Source: Asterias rubens
Taxonomy: Eukaryota
DNA: 64,000 bases
Reading direction: 5' to 3'
Assembly (NCBI RefSeq): GCF_902459465.1
Contig: NC_047062.1
Location: 14,632,001 to 14,696,000, forward strand
Shown here: positions 14,401 to 28,600 of the stretch, in pieces
Numbering within the stretch: position 1 is the first letter of the stretch
Layout: each line of letters opens with the position of its first letter
Notes under the pieces: generated by a model
The model's database searches: none
Seen by the model: only the letters and a program-made list of their open reading frames with translations
What the model was told of the DNA's origin: nothing
Position numbers and translations under genes: made by a program

Positions 14401-17400
14401 CTTTGAATTATTCATTGTGAATTGGTGACGTCAAAATTTGTTTCCCATTTGCAGGAAGTATGAACCGGGCTTTATTGTGCAGAAAGGTTTCCTTACCATC
14501 TTTAGCCCAGGTACTTTGTTGTGAGGGCAATATAGTTTTAAAAGGGCACCTCTAGAAGAAGTTTAAATTTGATTTGGAACATTTTAAGAAAATGAACAGG
14601 GGGCATGGAGGCACCTCTGTGAATTATCATTAATCACTGGTTCGCTTCTGTTTGTTTCCTGGTTACAGCAGATTACCATCGTAAATACTTCCTCTGCTAA
14701 CAATCTCTCCTCAATACCAATTGTGGACATGCATCCTTGAATCTGAGGCTAGCACCTTTGACCTTATACTTGACCCCCACAAGTTTGCCCTTTTAGATGT
14801 GGCGGGCTTGGGAGTCTTTTCAGATGTAACTGTTTATCCACATGACAAGTGGCTCACTTTACTACAATACAAACACTTCAGTGTTAAAGAAGCCGGGGTT
14901 TATACCCTGGGACCATGGAGGAAGAAAATCTATGTTCTTCCTCCATGCTGGGACTAAACAAATCTCCTGAAAGATTGTCAAGTCAACCCTCCAAATAAAA
15001 GAGCACTTTAAAAATAAAAAAAGGTTCTGCTAATTAAGGGTGTGTTTTGAAGTCTCAATTCTCATTGAGACATTTGAAGTGTTTTTATTTTAATTTTATT
15101 TGTTTGTTTATTTTTTACACCTGAAGACAATCAGGTAACTAAAACACTCTGTTCTAAAACCACTGACTAAATCATATTTTAATAAAGTTCTTCATAGCGC
15201 ATTTTACCAAATCATATCAAAAACACATAGCTAGAACTATTCTCACATCCCCCAAAAAATGCTTGTTTTTCAAAGCCTTAATTTAAGTTTAGGATTAGTT
15301 ATAATTGTTCACAAATATATAGTTATAAATTCATCATTTTGTGAAATGTCTACTTTAGTGATGCTACTCTCAAGACATTTTTTCTGTAGGCCTGATGTGT
15401 TATCTTTAATGTACTTAGGTTAGGTTATTGATAGGTGAAATGCAACAGTAACAGTCAGATTGACATTGATATTAATAGCCTACCTGCCTCGCCTGTACTG
15501 TAACATTTGTCTAAACCCTGTAAATATGTTCAGATAGAATGTACTATTTGGGTTTTGGCACAACTTATGGCAATGCACTTAAAAGTGACTAATCTAAAAC
15601 ACGATCCCTCCGTCTTTCCCCATGATGTCGTCAGTACGATAGACACCAGAATGACATCATAACCAGATGACAACATGATAAGGAAAAAGTACCCAAATAG
15701 GACGTTGTTTCAACCAACGACAACGCGTTCCTCCCCACCAATTTCAGCTGGTTGTTTGTTTTCTGATATCATCCAAATACGCGCGTTGGACTCCTTCACT
15801 GGCATTGAGAATCTGTCTACCTTATCCAAAAGCGTGTGTTTGTTAATTGGAATGGGTTTTCCACGGCGACGCTGTACGTTTTAACTCGGCATGATTAAAT
15901 GGTCTAAATTCACCATGCTCAGTAATGAAATTAAGTGTAATATCCTAATATGAGTGGATGAGAGAGAGATGTGGAGAGACAGCACAACTGTAATTGTTAA
16001 AACCACTACATAGTCCATCCCAATATACAGCCAACTGTTTGTTTCCGACGGAGAGAGAGGCATTACAGAGTTAACCAATGGCGTAGGTGGCAACTAGCAA
16101 TGCTGACAAATTAATATTTCTTCAGGCGGGATGAATGTGTTAAATTGAGCAAAAACCTTCTGTGTATAGTGTATATTGGGGAGGTCAATTCACTTGCGGA
16201 TGTGACAGGGCATGGTGGAGATTACATATTGCATTGTGTATTGATCCCTCTGGCAAATATGTCTTCATCATGTACAATGGAAATTGTATTCGGAGGAGAT
16301 TATTATAATAAATTTGAGTTCCTGAGACAAGAAGGTACATGTACGCATCCAGTGTATAAAAAAAGAAGAAGACGATTCCCCTAAAATATTTACAGCCGGC
16401 CTTGATCGTGTATGTAAACTCGCCTTGGCAAATTTTGATATTAAATATAAAGGGCAATTTAGTGTATGGCTTCAATCACAGGTGCAACCTTATTCAACCT
16501 TTGAATAAATTCTGGCAGATCTTGTAATGTGGGTGTTTTGTTTGTGTTTGGTTGGTAAGAGCTGGATAATTTGCTTGAAGTGTTGGTGGTTTTTAACCCT
16601 GAGCATCGACAAAATCACCTATTAGTTAATAATTTGTTTTTATAGATTTTCACTGCTGTATTTTTCATTTTCATATCAACACAAATAAACAGGAAAGATT
16701 TAAGTTGTATGATACTATGAGAAATTTCATTTAGCGTTTTCAGCTGCGTGGTTACTTTACTCCAATGCCTTTGTTTACCAATCTCTCGGGTAAAAAAACA
16801 CCACCAAAACAGGTTGCCTTACAAAACAATCAAATTTAACTTGCTTTTTAAATAATTGATATTTAGACCCTTTTCGTTTTCAATCAAAGCACTTGTAAAA
16901 AGTAATGCTTTTGATACTGCTGATGAGTTGTGTGATTTGATATCATTGAGCTCCAAGGGTTAAATTGTTAAACACAAATGTTGATGTCATCTGTGTACGT
17001 TTGTTTATCATTTATTATTTCAGATTTGGAAAATAATCAAACACTAAAACATGCAAGACTAGAAGCATTGGAATATTGTTTTCCACACTGGCTGGTTGTT
17101 GTATTGTTTAAAGGGAATGTTATTTACAAGCACGTATCTTTATTTAACATTTTCATTGGTGTACTCGCTACTCTGTACAAGCAACCCTAAGAAGAAACTC
17201 TCTGATCGTTTCCGTATTCCATTTCCCCCTTGGTGCTCTTAAGAGATGTTAACCCAAACCGAATTGGAATTGAATTTGCCCTTGAATTTCAAAGTCTTGT
17301 TTGTAAGCGTTAAGGGTCCCCCCTTCATTTTTCAAAGCCATCTACCACCCAGTAATGAATCAGAACTAGCATGTTCTTGAACCTAACCCCAATCCCTTCA

Positions 17401-20400
17401 ATGAAAATGACTCATAACTCCAGATACCAGCAGCGCTCTCTCTCTCTCTACTCCAGTCTCTCCCTTCAATGCCAATATCATCTAATCATTGTGTGTTGCA
17501 CGAGAGATGAGCGAGACGTAGACGCCAGACCAGCACTTAACTGACTCTTCAGGTCCACTCCCAAGCTCCCATAACCTTGTCATTATTGATCTGCCATCGT
17601 TCATTGTTTTCTTTTCCTGACATTCATTCATGTGCATTTTTCAAGACGACCTACCATCCACGCAGAGACGTGGTTCCACACTACCAGTAGATTTTTAGAT
17701 TATTATAGTTGTCTCCTTGTCTTGTGTATCAGTCGAGACACAAACATTGATTGGAATTTAAAAACACGCAGCTTTGGGGAAGAATAATGAACGAAAACTC
17801 AAATTAGTAGACCCAATTAAGTAACCAGACAACCAGATCAGACTGCCTGGTAGATTTTCCCTCACACCACAGATCAATTCATATTGTTTCTATTTTTTAA
17901 CTGGTCGCCTACTCCTGACAAGTTTGTTGTTTTTGAGTCAGTCCTAATTGAGAACAAACGACGCAAGTGGTATGGCATTTGGAGATTTATTTATTTAACT
18001 TCTTTAGAGAGATAGAATGCTCTAATTATATTTGAATAAGGAAACAAAGAGTCCCTCTAGAGATAAATAGAAAAATTAAAGTGGTAATCTTCATTTGCTT
18101 GAGATAGCTACAGTGTGTGTGTTCAGATTTTACGTCCGGCAGATGTACTGAACAGACGTCGCATCAGACCTCGGTATTACTGTCATTTTGAAGTGCAAAG
18201 GGACAAAGTAATAATGGCTGCACACAATTGACATCACGACCTCGCAATGCTGAATGGCGAAGGTAATATCTTAAAAGCACCATCTCTTATGGTAATGTCT
18301 ATTTCTTAATCAGAATTTCTCATCATAACAAAAAGCGTAGCATCATCTTCTAGATGTGCATGGATGTTTCATTTCAAGTGATTTGTCTTGGTTGTCAAAT
18401 GGAAGGAAGTTCTGGTTTTCTTGAAGGCCTGGTATACTGGATCAATGGAACCAGTGAAACAGACATGGCCATTGTATACCAAGGTCCCATGGGGTTTCAT
18501 ACAATGCAGCGGCTTATTCAAAAACTTAATTGGATTAGTATGGCGTGAAATAAGGACTTCAGACAACCAATTGAGGAGATTGATTTTTAAGGAATAAATA
18601 CAAAGCAAATTTTAAGAATCGTTGCATATTTTAATTTAGCTGTTGTCTATGGGATACATTTTCGTTGCGGTGTAGACATTTTAAGGTCGGCATGCATGAT
18701 GAAAGCAATAGCATACCTTTAAATTGGTATTCTGATTCAGTGTGGACTGCGTTGGCTCAGTGCGTGGGATTAATACCCAAGCCATTGTCCGACCTCATCG
18801 ATTTTGCATCTTCATCCTAAGACCCACCTTACCATCCTTGGGGGGATGATGGCCTGAGGGGCCCTGCTCAGATAGCTCCTCACCTGAGAGCTCTGCCCTG
18901 ACTTTCTTCGCAAATACAACAGCCATTTCTTCTCCAAACACCGTGACTAAATTCTTGACAGGAGCTTCATGGACGCAGATTTGATTTTGTTTATTAGCGC
19001 CTAGGTGTCTCTGAAACTTACTACAGACCTGTTGGTTGGAAGATTGAAAGTATTATGAGTATTATATGGTTACCTAGGTAACCTGATTGTTTCCATAGAA
19101 ACATGACTGGATGGTTTCAGTTTGTTTTACTTGATCTTATTGATTGGCTTGTTTGGTGGGGTGGATTGCTTGAGTTTGTAGCTGTTGAAAGCTGTCATCG
19201 TTTAAAACTGGCGTGGGCAAATGAATCAAAGAATAAAGTGGGAGCAGTAATTGGCTCTCGTATGATTTGTTGTCAATGTCGTCAACAAATTTGTTAACTC
19301 ACCAGGTATTCCTACTGACTTGATGTCATTGTTAAGATGAATTGCAAACATTTCTCAAGCAATGTCTTTCAGAACAAGTTCAACAAACCAAATGCTGTAA
19401 TTGCTAAAGTAGACAACTAAAATGACTGAACATTAAGATCCTTTTTAGATAAATTTTTTATAGCAAGAAAATGTTGGCGCACAACCCGTAGAACCTGCAA
19501 GTTCAATTCTAGGAGTAGTGGAAGTTAATGAAGGTATTTTCTCACAGTATAGAAAATACTCAGACACATGTATCACTTTGAATTGCATACAAATACTATG
19601 GATCATTACCTTTTACCAAGGTAAATGTGTTTGTTCTGCCTTATAACCATGATAGCCTCAGCAACTACCTTGTGCTTTCACAAATGTATTCGCTTGTCAT
19701 GTGCATTCTGTTGGTAAATCAGTCGGTATATATTTTGTAATTTAAAGTACTGTCTTTTCAGACTGCCTGTGAGAAAGATAACAAAGAACAAATAAAGCAA
19801 CGCCAAAAAGACATAGGAACCACAAATACCACTCAATGAACGATACTTTTATACGTCCAATGAGGAATTTCTCATATCCTGTCTAACCCCCCATGAAAGG
19901 TTCTGAAATGATGGTGCAATAATAGAAGACTGATCGATAAAACGTCAGACAAGGTAGCTCCCAAATTTTTGTAAAACACCGCAGAGAAGTACGCTTATCT
20001 CTGTGAGGCTGTGATGATTTTGTGGTATGATTTAACAAATGAGAGACTTAACTTGGCAACATTTCAATAGTTTCCTCAAGTGTAGATCTGCGTAAGGATT
20101 CAAAGATGAATAATCCAACCGTTGAATAATGCAGTCACGGTGTTTTATCTCAAGTGATGGATGAAGTACCCAACATTGTTCTATCACTCAGTTTCGCGTT
20201 CTTTCACACACAGCTTTGAGAGTTTTCCGACCGCAAAGTTGAAGCATCGTCGGTTTTCAACAGAGCTTTGTACGATGGATTTTTTATGACTTTTTCTTTT
20301 AATGATAACCGTAGTCTAGTTTTATGGCTAAGCTCATTCTCATGCAGCAAGTAAATTGACAAAAGGCGTTACGCACTACCAGCAAAGTGTAAAGTCCCTT

Positions 20401-20713
20401 GGAGGGCTATTATTTGACATTAAACAATTTCTTTTTTTGAGCTACGTGCAGAATCATTTTTGAGAGGATTCTATGCAACGGGACACAAGCGTACCGGTTA
20501 GGCTGTGATTCCACATGCAGCTTGAGTATGGGTTTTAACTTTGTCTGTAAATAGACAATAGTGTAACTGATATAAGTGGAAGTTTGCATTCAGCACGGAT
20601 TGTTATGAAGCCAAACAAGAACCGCTGCAATCTGGATTGTTGGCATCAGATCATGACCTGATGGTAAGAACCTAAACATGCTATGGTGTTGATCTATGAA
20701 TTCTTTATTCCTG

Positions 20714-20843
20714 GGGCTCGTTTTCACAGTCGTAACAATTAAGGCCTAGTCGTTACCAATAACTGTTACGGTTGAACTTGCCATTGGTTGATCACTGGCT
20801 GTTGACCGAAACTGTTAACTGTTACGACTGAGAAAACCCACCC
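20714..20843. mobile_element. MITE with imperfect TIRs and CTG TSD (PIF/Harbinger-like)
   Basis: gggctcgttttcacagtcgtaaca ... tgttacgactgagaaaacccaccc. Flanked by ctg at 20711-13 and 20844-46. Confidence 0.75.
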
Positions 20844-23800
20844 CTGTTAATCTTAAACTAGAATTTTTGCCCCTACAAATTCATTGGCTCGTGGGTACAT
20901 TTTGGGCTTAGCTTCCTCATCTCCATTGGGATACACTCTTATCCTGATTGATACCTTCTTCCTTGGTCCTTAATCAAAAGGAACCATTGGGTGATAATAT
21001 GACACCTGATGCAATACTTTGGGGAAGCATCAGTTTCACAGTTGTCACAGTCTTAGTTCAAAGAAATTTGCATCTTTTGATTGAGAACGTCTGGTTCAGG
21101 TACCGGTAATAATGCTCGCATATAAATGAATCATTTAGTGATCTATAGCTGTGTTCAATTGGATCATGAATGTTGTTTAAGGTATAGACACTTTTAAGGT
21201 TAGACCTGCTCAACAAAATCATCAAAATAGGCTGTGGTAAAGGTAGTTTAGAAAATGAAAGAAGATAAGTAGTCTTTTAGATTTAGGGATATGGGAGAAG
21301 GCCAAATGGTTTGATCTTAAGCTTTGATGTGTTTCTTTACCAGTGGTTAGTTCTAAACATTGACACACATGAAGAGGTTTAAAATGCGTTTACATGGAGT
21401 TTAGAGTGACAGTTTTTGTGCAAACCCCACAAATAATGCCTAAACCCCTGCAGGCCATTGGGGACCCATCTATGCGTTAAAGCAAAGGATTACCTTCTGG
21501 TGAACCATCCTCACCCCCACTGGGAACCAGATATTGGGAAGAAATGGACCTGAAAAACTGCCCCAGGGCACAGATACATGTAGTTGATTGATCCATGATT
21601 GATCACAGCTTGGGGAGATTCTCTTGTTATGTTCATTGTTTTGTTCTTTTCTTTCATATTCCATGATCCAGATATTGTGGGCATTTCTAGAGGTGAGGAA
21701 AGCAACCTATATTTGTGACAATGTGAGGGAATGGTGTCTGTTTGATTGTTAATCCTTGATTCTGGAGATACGCCTTGCAGAGATGTTGTCTCCCCCCTTT
21801 TTTCTTTGAGATGAATTCAATTGCCCATGTCATAGGGTTTATAGATTACTTTTTGGTTGTGTGAAGTCAATTTAGTTGTTGAGGGAAACTTTGCCTTTTG
21901 GCATTTATAGTTGTCGTTGTGAAAAGGTGCTCAGGAATTGATTACAGGGTCTCAAATTTGTTTTATTGTTCGGCTGTTTTGAAATAAATCAGTTATGGAA
22001 TAAATCAGTTTCATTGCATTCAAAGGATTGTTTGTGGTTGTCAGTTTTACACTTTAATCCTTTTATGTTATTTCTAGGAATGTTATACTTGATATGGTTT
22101 TTTTGTGAAGTTAAATGTCGGCCCTGGCCTGCTTTCTATATAGACTATGAAAGTCTCGCTCACACTGAAACTGAGAAAATAGCTCAAAGTAAGACTGTGA
22201 ATGAAGATCAAATCTTTTCAAATTCTATTTTTACTAGATACATTATTCTTGGAGAAAACAAATCAAACAACCGTGCAGCGATGTCATAGGTCTAGGCCTA
22301 CACAATAAATTCTGACAAACAAAAATGGAATCACTTAAAAAAACTTCACAACATTTTTATGCAAAAAAAGAACAATGGTTAGTATTTGATCTTATTAAAA
22401 AAACAAAAAAAAAACAGCGATTTCTGTGAAGTTTGCCGATGTCTTTGTTGATTTGTCAAAAATGTCTAGTTTCTTTTTGAATCATTGGGCCTCAGCAGAC
22501 CTAAAAAGATACACACGCATTGATTTGTAAGAGAACAAAACTTTTGACATTTTTTCATCTGTTGTGAGGCCAAAGGTGACTTTCCAAGTGAAGTGTGTCA
22601 AAAAGTTATTAAAATTGAAATAAGTTTGAGAACATGATAATTTGCATACTGTGGTATTGTAAAAGGTACTAAACTTGTCAGGTAACCACAAATGAATGGT
22701 TAACTTCACATGGCTTTATGCATGGGGTTGTAAAATTGAATTGTTCAATGCAAACTCTCTCCTCTCAGTTCCGGGTTTAATCATGTGTCATCATGTGACA
22801 TCATGTGAGCTTTTCATGACTTTATCGTGAAGTCCAGAAACTTGAATTAATCTTAATGTTAAGAGTGGTTCTTCACATGAAAACATAACAACATTGTTGT
22901 GTACAGAAGTAGTTTATGAGAAGTCCAATGCTACAGCAGTTTTAGGTTTGATTTAAAAACCATAAACCGTAGATCTGTATACGTGTTTGTTTCCCGAAAG
23001 GGTCTTTGAAAGCAGTTGTTTTTGTTGTTGGTACAACTTGAATTTCAGGAATAAGTATACGTTGATGTCATGGAAAAGATGTCATAAGAAAGTAGGGTTA
23101 TGGCACTCTACATATATATGCCTGATGAGTGACTGATTAATTGAAGTATTGAAGTGATTGATAATTGAAACAAACAACATGTGTAAACTTCTAACAGGAC
23201 ACATTAGACATTAGAAATGACATGTACAAGTCCTTCACTTTTCACAATCAGTCTCTCCATAGTCAACTGCGTTGACAAACTTTAACACATCATTTGTAGA
23301 GGTTTTGAACTCACACCACCGCCATGAATAACAAAACATCCATCCTTCTTAAATAATAAATTACAGCCATGCTGGTTTGTATATCATAACACCGAATGCA
23401 ATTACTCAACACTTGATGGTTTAACACTACCAGAGGTTGGGTTACTGGATTTCGCACCCTTGTTCTCGTCAAACTTGGTGCACTTTGTGCGGAGTTGTGC
23501 GAGCAGTTGCGATATATCGGTGTCAGTGATGATTATTGATATCAGCTGCTTCACTTCTTGAAAGGTGTCGGAGATGAAATATCTGTCTCTTGACTCTTGT
23601 CAAAGCTGTGATGGATACTAGTCTGCATTTTGGAGACAATAATTTATGACAACATCAAATAACTTATAATGACAAATCTAGAATACTGAGTACCATCAAT
23701 GATTATCTAATTCAAAGAGCAAGGACTTTACTTGAAGAAAGGTTGTTATAAGGTTTCACATCATTTAGGCAACCTGAGAACGCATAAACTGCACCCATAC

Positions 23801-24801
23801 AAAATGTGTTGTGTACTTTGTACTTGTTTCTTTTTAAGCTGCTTTATGTAGCCCCCTCTGTTGACCAGTTCAGTCTCATAGTAATTTTGTGTAGTAAGTG
23901 TTCATTCCTCCTGTTTTAGCTTAAATTAAGGTTTTTTTTCCATTCAAGGAAATGTTCTTAAGTCCCTCCCTCATGTAGTTTTAACTTCTGTGAATGTTCC
24001 ACTTGAAAGATAATGCTCAAGTGCCACAATGAAAAATAGCAACGCTGTCATATTTGTATGTACAGATCTAATGCACAAAAACTGTAATTAATATTGACAA
24101 AATGAAACTGTCATTTTATCAATATTAATTAATGTCTAGTTCCTCAATATGAATATTCTTTTTAGATGCTAGTTTGACAGCAAATCTAAACTATGTATGT
24201 AGAGTATAAGAGTTGTCATAAACATAAAAGAGTTCTCATTAGATTGTCATATGTTTCCCTTCAAAGGTTGTATACCTTATTTCAATACTTACAAATACTC
24301 ATTTGCTTAAAGGCACTGTACATGTAGGTTTAATCCAAGTTCATCTATGTGGCAAAAGTAGTGGCCTACTCTCTTTAAATTTTGCCATATGATTGTGCTC
24401 CGAAATTTAAGGTATTGCTTTCAGTAAAAACCACGAAGGTAGAAATAACAAACTATTTTTAAATTCGAACTTGTGCAGGTTGGCTGTTAAATCTGTTCAT
24501 AAATAAACAAAAACAGTCGCAACGTTTTGATGGAAATTTTTGCACCAGGAAATCTTACAAATGAAACGATGCATACTACTGAAAATATGTTTCGTTATCA
24601 CTTTGTTTTGCAAAGTTATTTATCATGGTATGTGTTTGGTTAGCCTAGATAGTGTGGTGGTAGACTTTAATCAGCATGTCTGGCCTTCACCAGAAAGTAT
24701 GTTTAATTGATACACCAGCCAAAGACTACCAAATTTGTTTGTTTGATTATAGAAAAAAAAAAAACATTGTCACATGCTGTTCCTTTTCTCTCTTCCATCA
24801 G

Positions 24802-25316
24802 GCAAACTACGGGGGGCAACCAACGAGTAAAGGTGCCATGCCTGAAATGTCTGGTGGGCGATCCTCAGCCTCCCAGAACCTACCTCAAGGTATGACATAC
24901 CTGCAGCATCACCAGCACCAACAGCTTATGCAACAACAGCAGCAGCAGCAGCAACTTAAACAACAGCAGCAGCATATGCAGCAACAGCAGCATTTGCAAC
25001 AACAACACTTACATGTACACCAACAGCAACAGCATTTGCAACATCAACAGCAACAGCAACAGCATTTGCAACATCAACATCAACAGCAACAGCAACAGCA
25101 TTTGCAACAGCAGCAACAGCATATGCAACAACAGCAGCAGCAACAACAACAACAACACTTACAACAGCACCAGCAGCAGACTGACCGCTTAGCAATGTCT
25201 ACGGGAGGTATCGGACCAGCCTTCAGTCCTGCTGGTCTGCGTTCTGGCAATGGAATCCCTGTACCTGCGGGAACCAACATGGCTGGTACTTCGGCTGCTG
25301 CTTCATTCTTCGCAAG
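24802..25316 (+). CDS. KIF26: KIF26 (kinesin-11) N-terminal coding exon, poly-Q/H rich: ANYGGQPTSKG...AGTSAAASFFA(R)
   Basis: Acceptor tccttttctctcttccatcag| and donor AAG|GTAAGA. 515 nt, open, phase 0 to phase 2. Ends in GTSAAASFFAR, which I recognise from vertebrate KIF26A/B (GTSVAASFFAR, recalled; confirm by BLASTP). It joins in frame to the exon at 52970. Confidence 0.9.
24904..25179 (+). repeat. CAG/CAA/CAT-rich coding repeat (92 codons, poly-Q with recurring HLQ/HMQ)
   Basis: Read directly; recurring units such as cagcaacagcatttgcaa. Confidence 0.95.
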
Positions 25317-25541
25317 GTAAGAAACCTATGTCAGATGTTTGTTAAAGCATAGAAAGTGTCCTGTATGTATGGTTAAAGGAATGTCTTAAAACATGTCGGC
25401 AAAGTAAAACACAAACCTTTTATTTAGACTGTGTACAGGGGCCCAAATGTTTTGTTTGATAAACGTTGCAGTCAGTCGAGCAAGACTAAAACATCACAAA
25501 AATAGTCTGCAGTGCTGGGGGGTCACAGTAATCAGCGTTCC

Positions 25542-25689
25542 AATGGGAGACTTTCTGGGACGATAGAGGGCAGCAGACTTACCGGGTAAATCCATTGTTC
25601 TCAGAATTATGCGCATGTTCAGAACTACGTAAACAATGGAAATTTACCCAGTATGTCTGCTTCCACCTAGCGTTGGAAAGTCTCCTATT
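25542..25689. mobile_element. Hairpin (fold-back) MITE, 148 bp
   Basis: aatgggagactttctgggacgatagagggcagcagacttaccgggtaaatccattgtt is an imperfect inverse of aacaatggaaatttacccagtatgtctgcttccacctagcgttggaaagtctcctatt, around a ~30-nt spacer. Confidence 0.8.
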
Positions 25690-28600
25690 CCCAAATTGAC
25701 AGCGGCATTATAAAAATACGATGATTTAAAAAAAATCAAATTACTTTGCCCTTTTGCCACAACTGAATGTTAACGCCTTCACCAACCCTCTCCTGCCATG
25801 GCCGTCTCGCAACTCCTTACCGACCTGCGCGCTCGCCTAGACGGCCGGCTCAGGATTTTGATGAGTATAACTGCTGACGTTTTACAGTGGCCAACACAAG
25901 ACTAATCTGCTACCGTAGTATTTTCCATCTGCGGTAGTGGACGAGTAATCCTTGGTAGATTTGCTTTTACATCCTGTTGTAATTACGCAAAGCTGGCAGG
26001 CAGCATCTGCTAATATCCCTTGCCAAGCCCCTGTAGGCAATACTTAGTGTCTATCTTGCAGATGATCATTTAGCCGTCTGGAGCAAGCCACACTTGAGGG
26101 AGGACTAGGCTCAAGTTTAATCAGGCACTCGGAATCAGTCCGAAAACTTTTGTATTTATTTGTATTTCTTTAAGTTATTATGAGGTTTTTGTAAACGTGA
26201 TAAATTGAGTGGAGACGTTTTTTTCTTGCTTTGCTAAGATGTAGGCTCTGACTGGACTTTGGTGAACTTGTCTCATATTTGTTGGTCTGTAATTTTCTTT
26301 CCCTAAGTGATGCCATAGAGGGAAAAACGTGCATTTTCGTCATATTCAAATTTGGCTTATTTCTGCTCAACGGATATTGTGCTACATGGATATGCTAAAC
26401 TTGCTTAAGTAATGGAATTGATTATTAGCCTACGTTAAAAAAAGGAAACAGAGAAGAAAAAAAGGAGGAAAAAAAAAAGTCTGGGTAGGCTGAAATATTT
26501 GCCATTACTCTGAAGTAGTCCCTGGTTTCTCATTTCATAGATTGAGCCGAGCCTCAGACAGCTTTCAGATATTCTTTCAATTTGCAAAATGTTCCACCGA
26601 GATACATTTCAAGCCATACTTTGTTCATCAAATCCATCATCCAAATCTCCTTTCCATTTCATAGTAAGGACAGTCAAAAAATGAAGAGAGACAAAAACCC
26701 AAAGGGATTTGGACAGCCATGGTGTAATTACTTTGTCCCTGCTGTTTGAGTTATGTTTGTGTACAAATCACCAACATGAATATGTATGTCAAAGTACTTG
26801 TATGTATTTCCGCTGGCAGTGCAAAGTGCAACTTACACTAGCACATGACCGCACTGCCTGCATGCACATCAGCAATTAAGGGTGAAACGATAATCAAAGA
26901 CTCGATGTTAATCAAACCAATTTTCAAATCTTCAGCTTTTCCCCTGTTACATTTCCTACTTGAGGTTGAGAACAAGTCAGCCCTTGCGTGGCAAAACAGC
27001 CTTAATCAAAAGTGTTTGTTTCTATATCAGATCATTTCTGGGTAATTTGAGGGCGTTTTTTTTGTTTTCCATTTCAAAGTTTCAGGGGCATACTATGTAA
27101 TAATTTAATAATATATCACAGCACTTTTAAAGCACACTTTATCTTTGAGAACATTCAAAGGAAAAAAAAAAAAAAAAAAACACTTCATGTACAAATGTGA
27201 ATACGTCGCATTGGTGCCTCTTTTTACACTTTCATTCCATTTTTTATGGCAAAAAGCTGTACTTGCTTTTCTCAAAATGTCATTTTTTAGTTTTTCCATG
27301 AAAGGACCGAATTTTCCCTTCACAGTAGCAACATATGCAGTGATCTTGACAGTGCATCTTGTTTGTACATTAAAACTCGGAGAAATGAAAAGTCACCCTG
27401 ACAGGTTTTAAAATCTTAACCCCTTTCCTGTGAACTGATCAGGTGTAACATCCCCTGGATTGAGTTTCCCCTCAATGGGGAGACCATCGGGAGATTGCCC
27501 TCTCTCCTCCCAGAAGGTGTCATATTGACCTATTTTACACCAGCTAAATGAAAGAGGGACAAACCCAAATGCTTCCAGAATAATGCAATATGTCCTTAGT
27601 TTGACCCGTGGACCAGGAGACTATAGTAGCCTTTGAGTGGTCAATAGCACTAGCTTTGGTCAGTGAGGGACACATTCTCTGGGTCGTATTTTCTTTCCTC
27701 TGTAGGGATTTGACCCTTCTCTTTTACTTATAGGCTTTAGGTTTCAAAGCACACGGTCTTGTACGGGTTTCAAAGGAAGTGTCCAGGAAGTCTAACCGCA
27801 CTTTTTTTTTTTTTTTTTTACAATCCTATGAATTTTGATGTGGATATATAATTTCAGTGAAGTGCTAAAATTCACAGGCGTATCTCCATGATGGGCGTGT
27901 TAAGCATTGGCGCATTAAGAATTTGTACTGGGTTAAATCTGTAAGCAATAAAAACTATTTAATTGGTAGACTCTAAAATTTATTACGCTTCTTTAAAGGA
28001 GTGGTTAAACTGTTGGATCTAGCAACAGAAGTAGTTTATTTTCCAGAGAATTTTGCAAGTATACATTTTGTACCCATTAAATAAATAATGATAATGGACT
28101 TGGGTTTTTTCTAAGGGTTTCACCAAAGTTTTATTTCATATTGTCAAGTAGGTGGATAGGCCAGTTTAGATGTGTAAAGTTACTTTCGTACATTGAGTTG
28201 AACTATGTTTGCCTTCAGTAGTAGTTTTTCTTGAGTTTGCGGCAGGGTGTGAAGTTGGGTAATCCAGTGCAGTTAATCTGGAGCAGGTAATCCAGGGCAA
28301 AGTTGAGTCTCAAATCCCAGCAGACTACCCATCAAGTATTGGCTTCGGTTGGTCACGCTTGATTGGTGGATATAGGCCCCCAGACAGGCTTGATTACTTT
28401 CTCATTGGTTGTTAGAGCCAACTGCCCCCCCCCCCCCACACACACACAAGGAAAGAGAGAGTTTGAGATGAGACACGCATTGATGGAGCAACAAGACACA
28501 AAAGTAACTTGGAATGGACCCATTCAGAGAAGAATCTCCGACCCTATGCATGCTTGCATCCCTGGTATGTTTGTCCCGTAATGATCTGAATGGATACTCC

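Noticed and set aside
19068-19083. 16-bp perfect palindrome ggttacctaggtaacc
   Set aside because: About one such palindrome is expected by chance in 64 kb (64000/4^8).
24676-24801. N-terminal extension of the 214-aa ORF as coding
   Set aside because: Includes an A-run and the polypyrimidine tract and acceptor; interpreted as intron.
24956-25280. Minus-strand poly-Val/Ala and poly-Cys ORFs
   Set aside because: Antisense shadows of the CAG/CAA repeat in the KIF26 exon.
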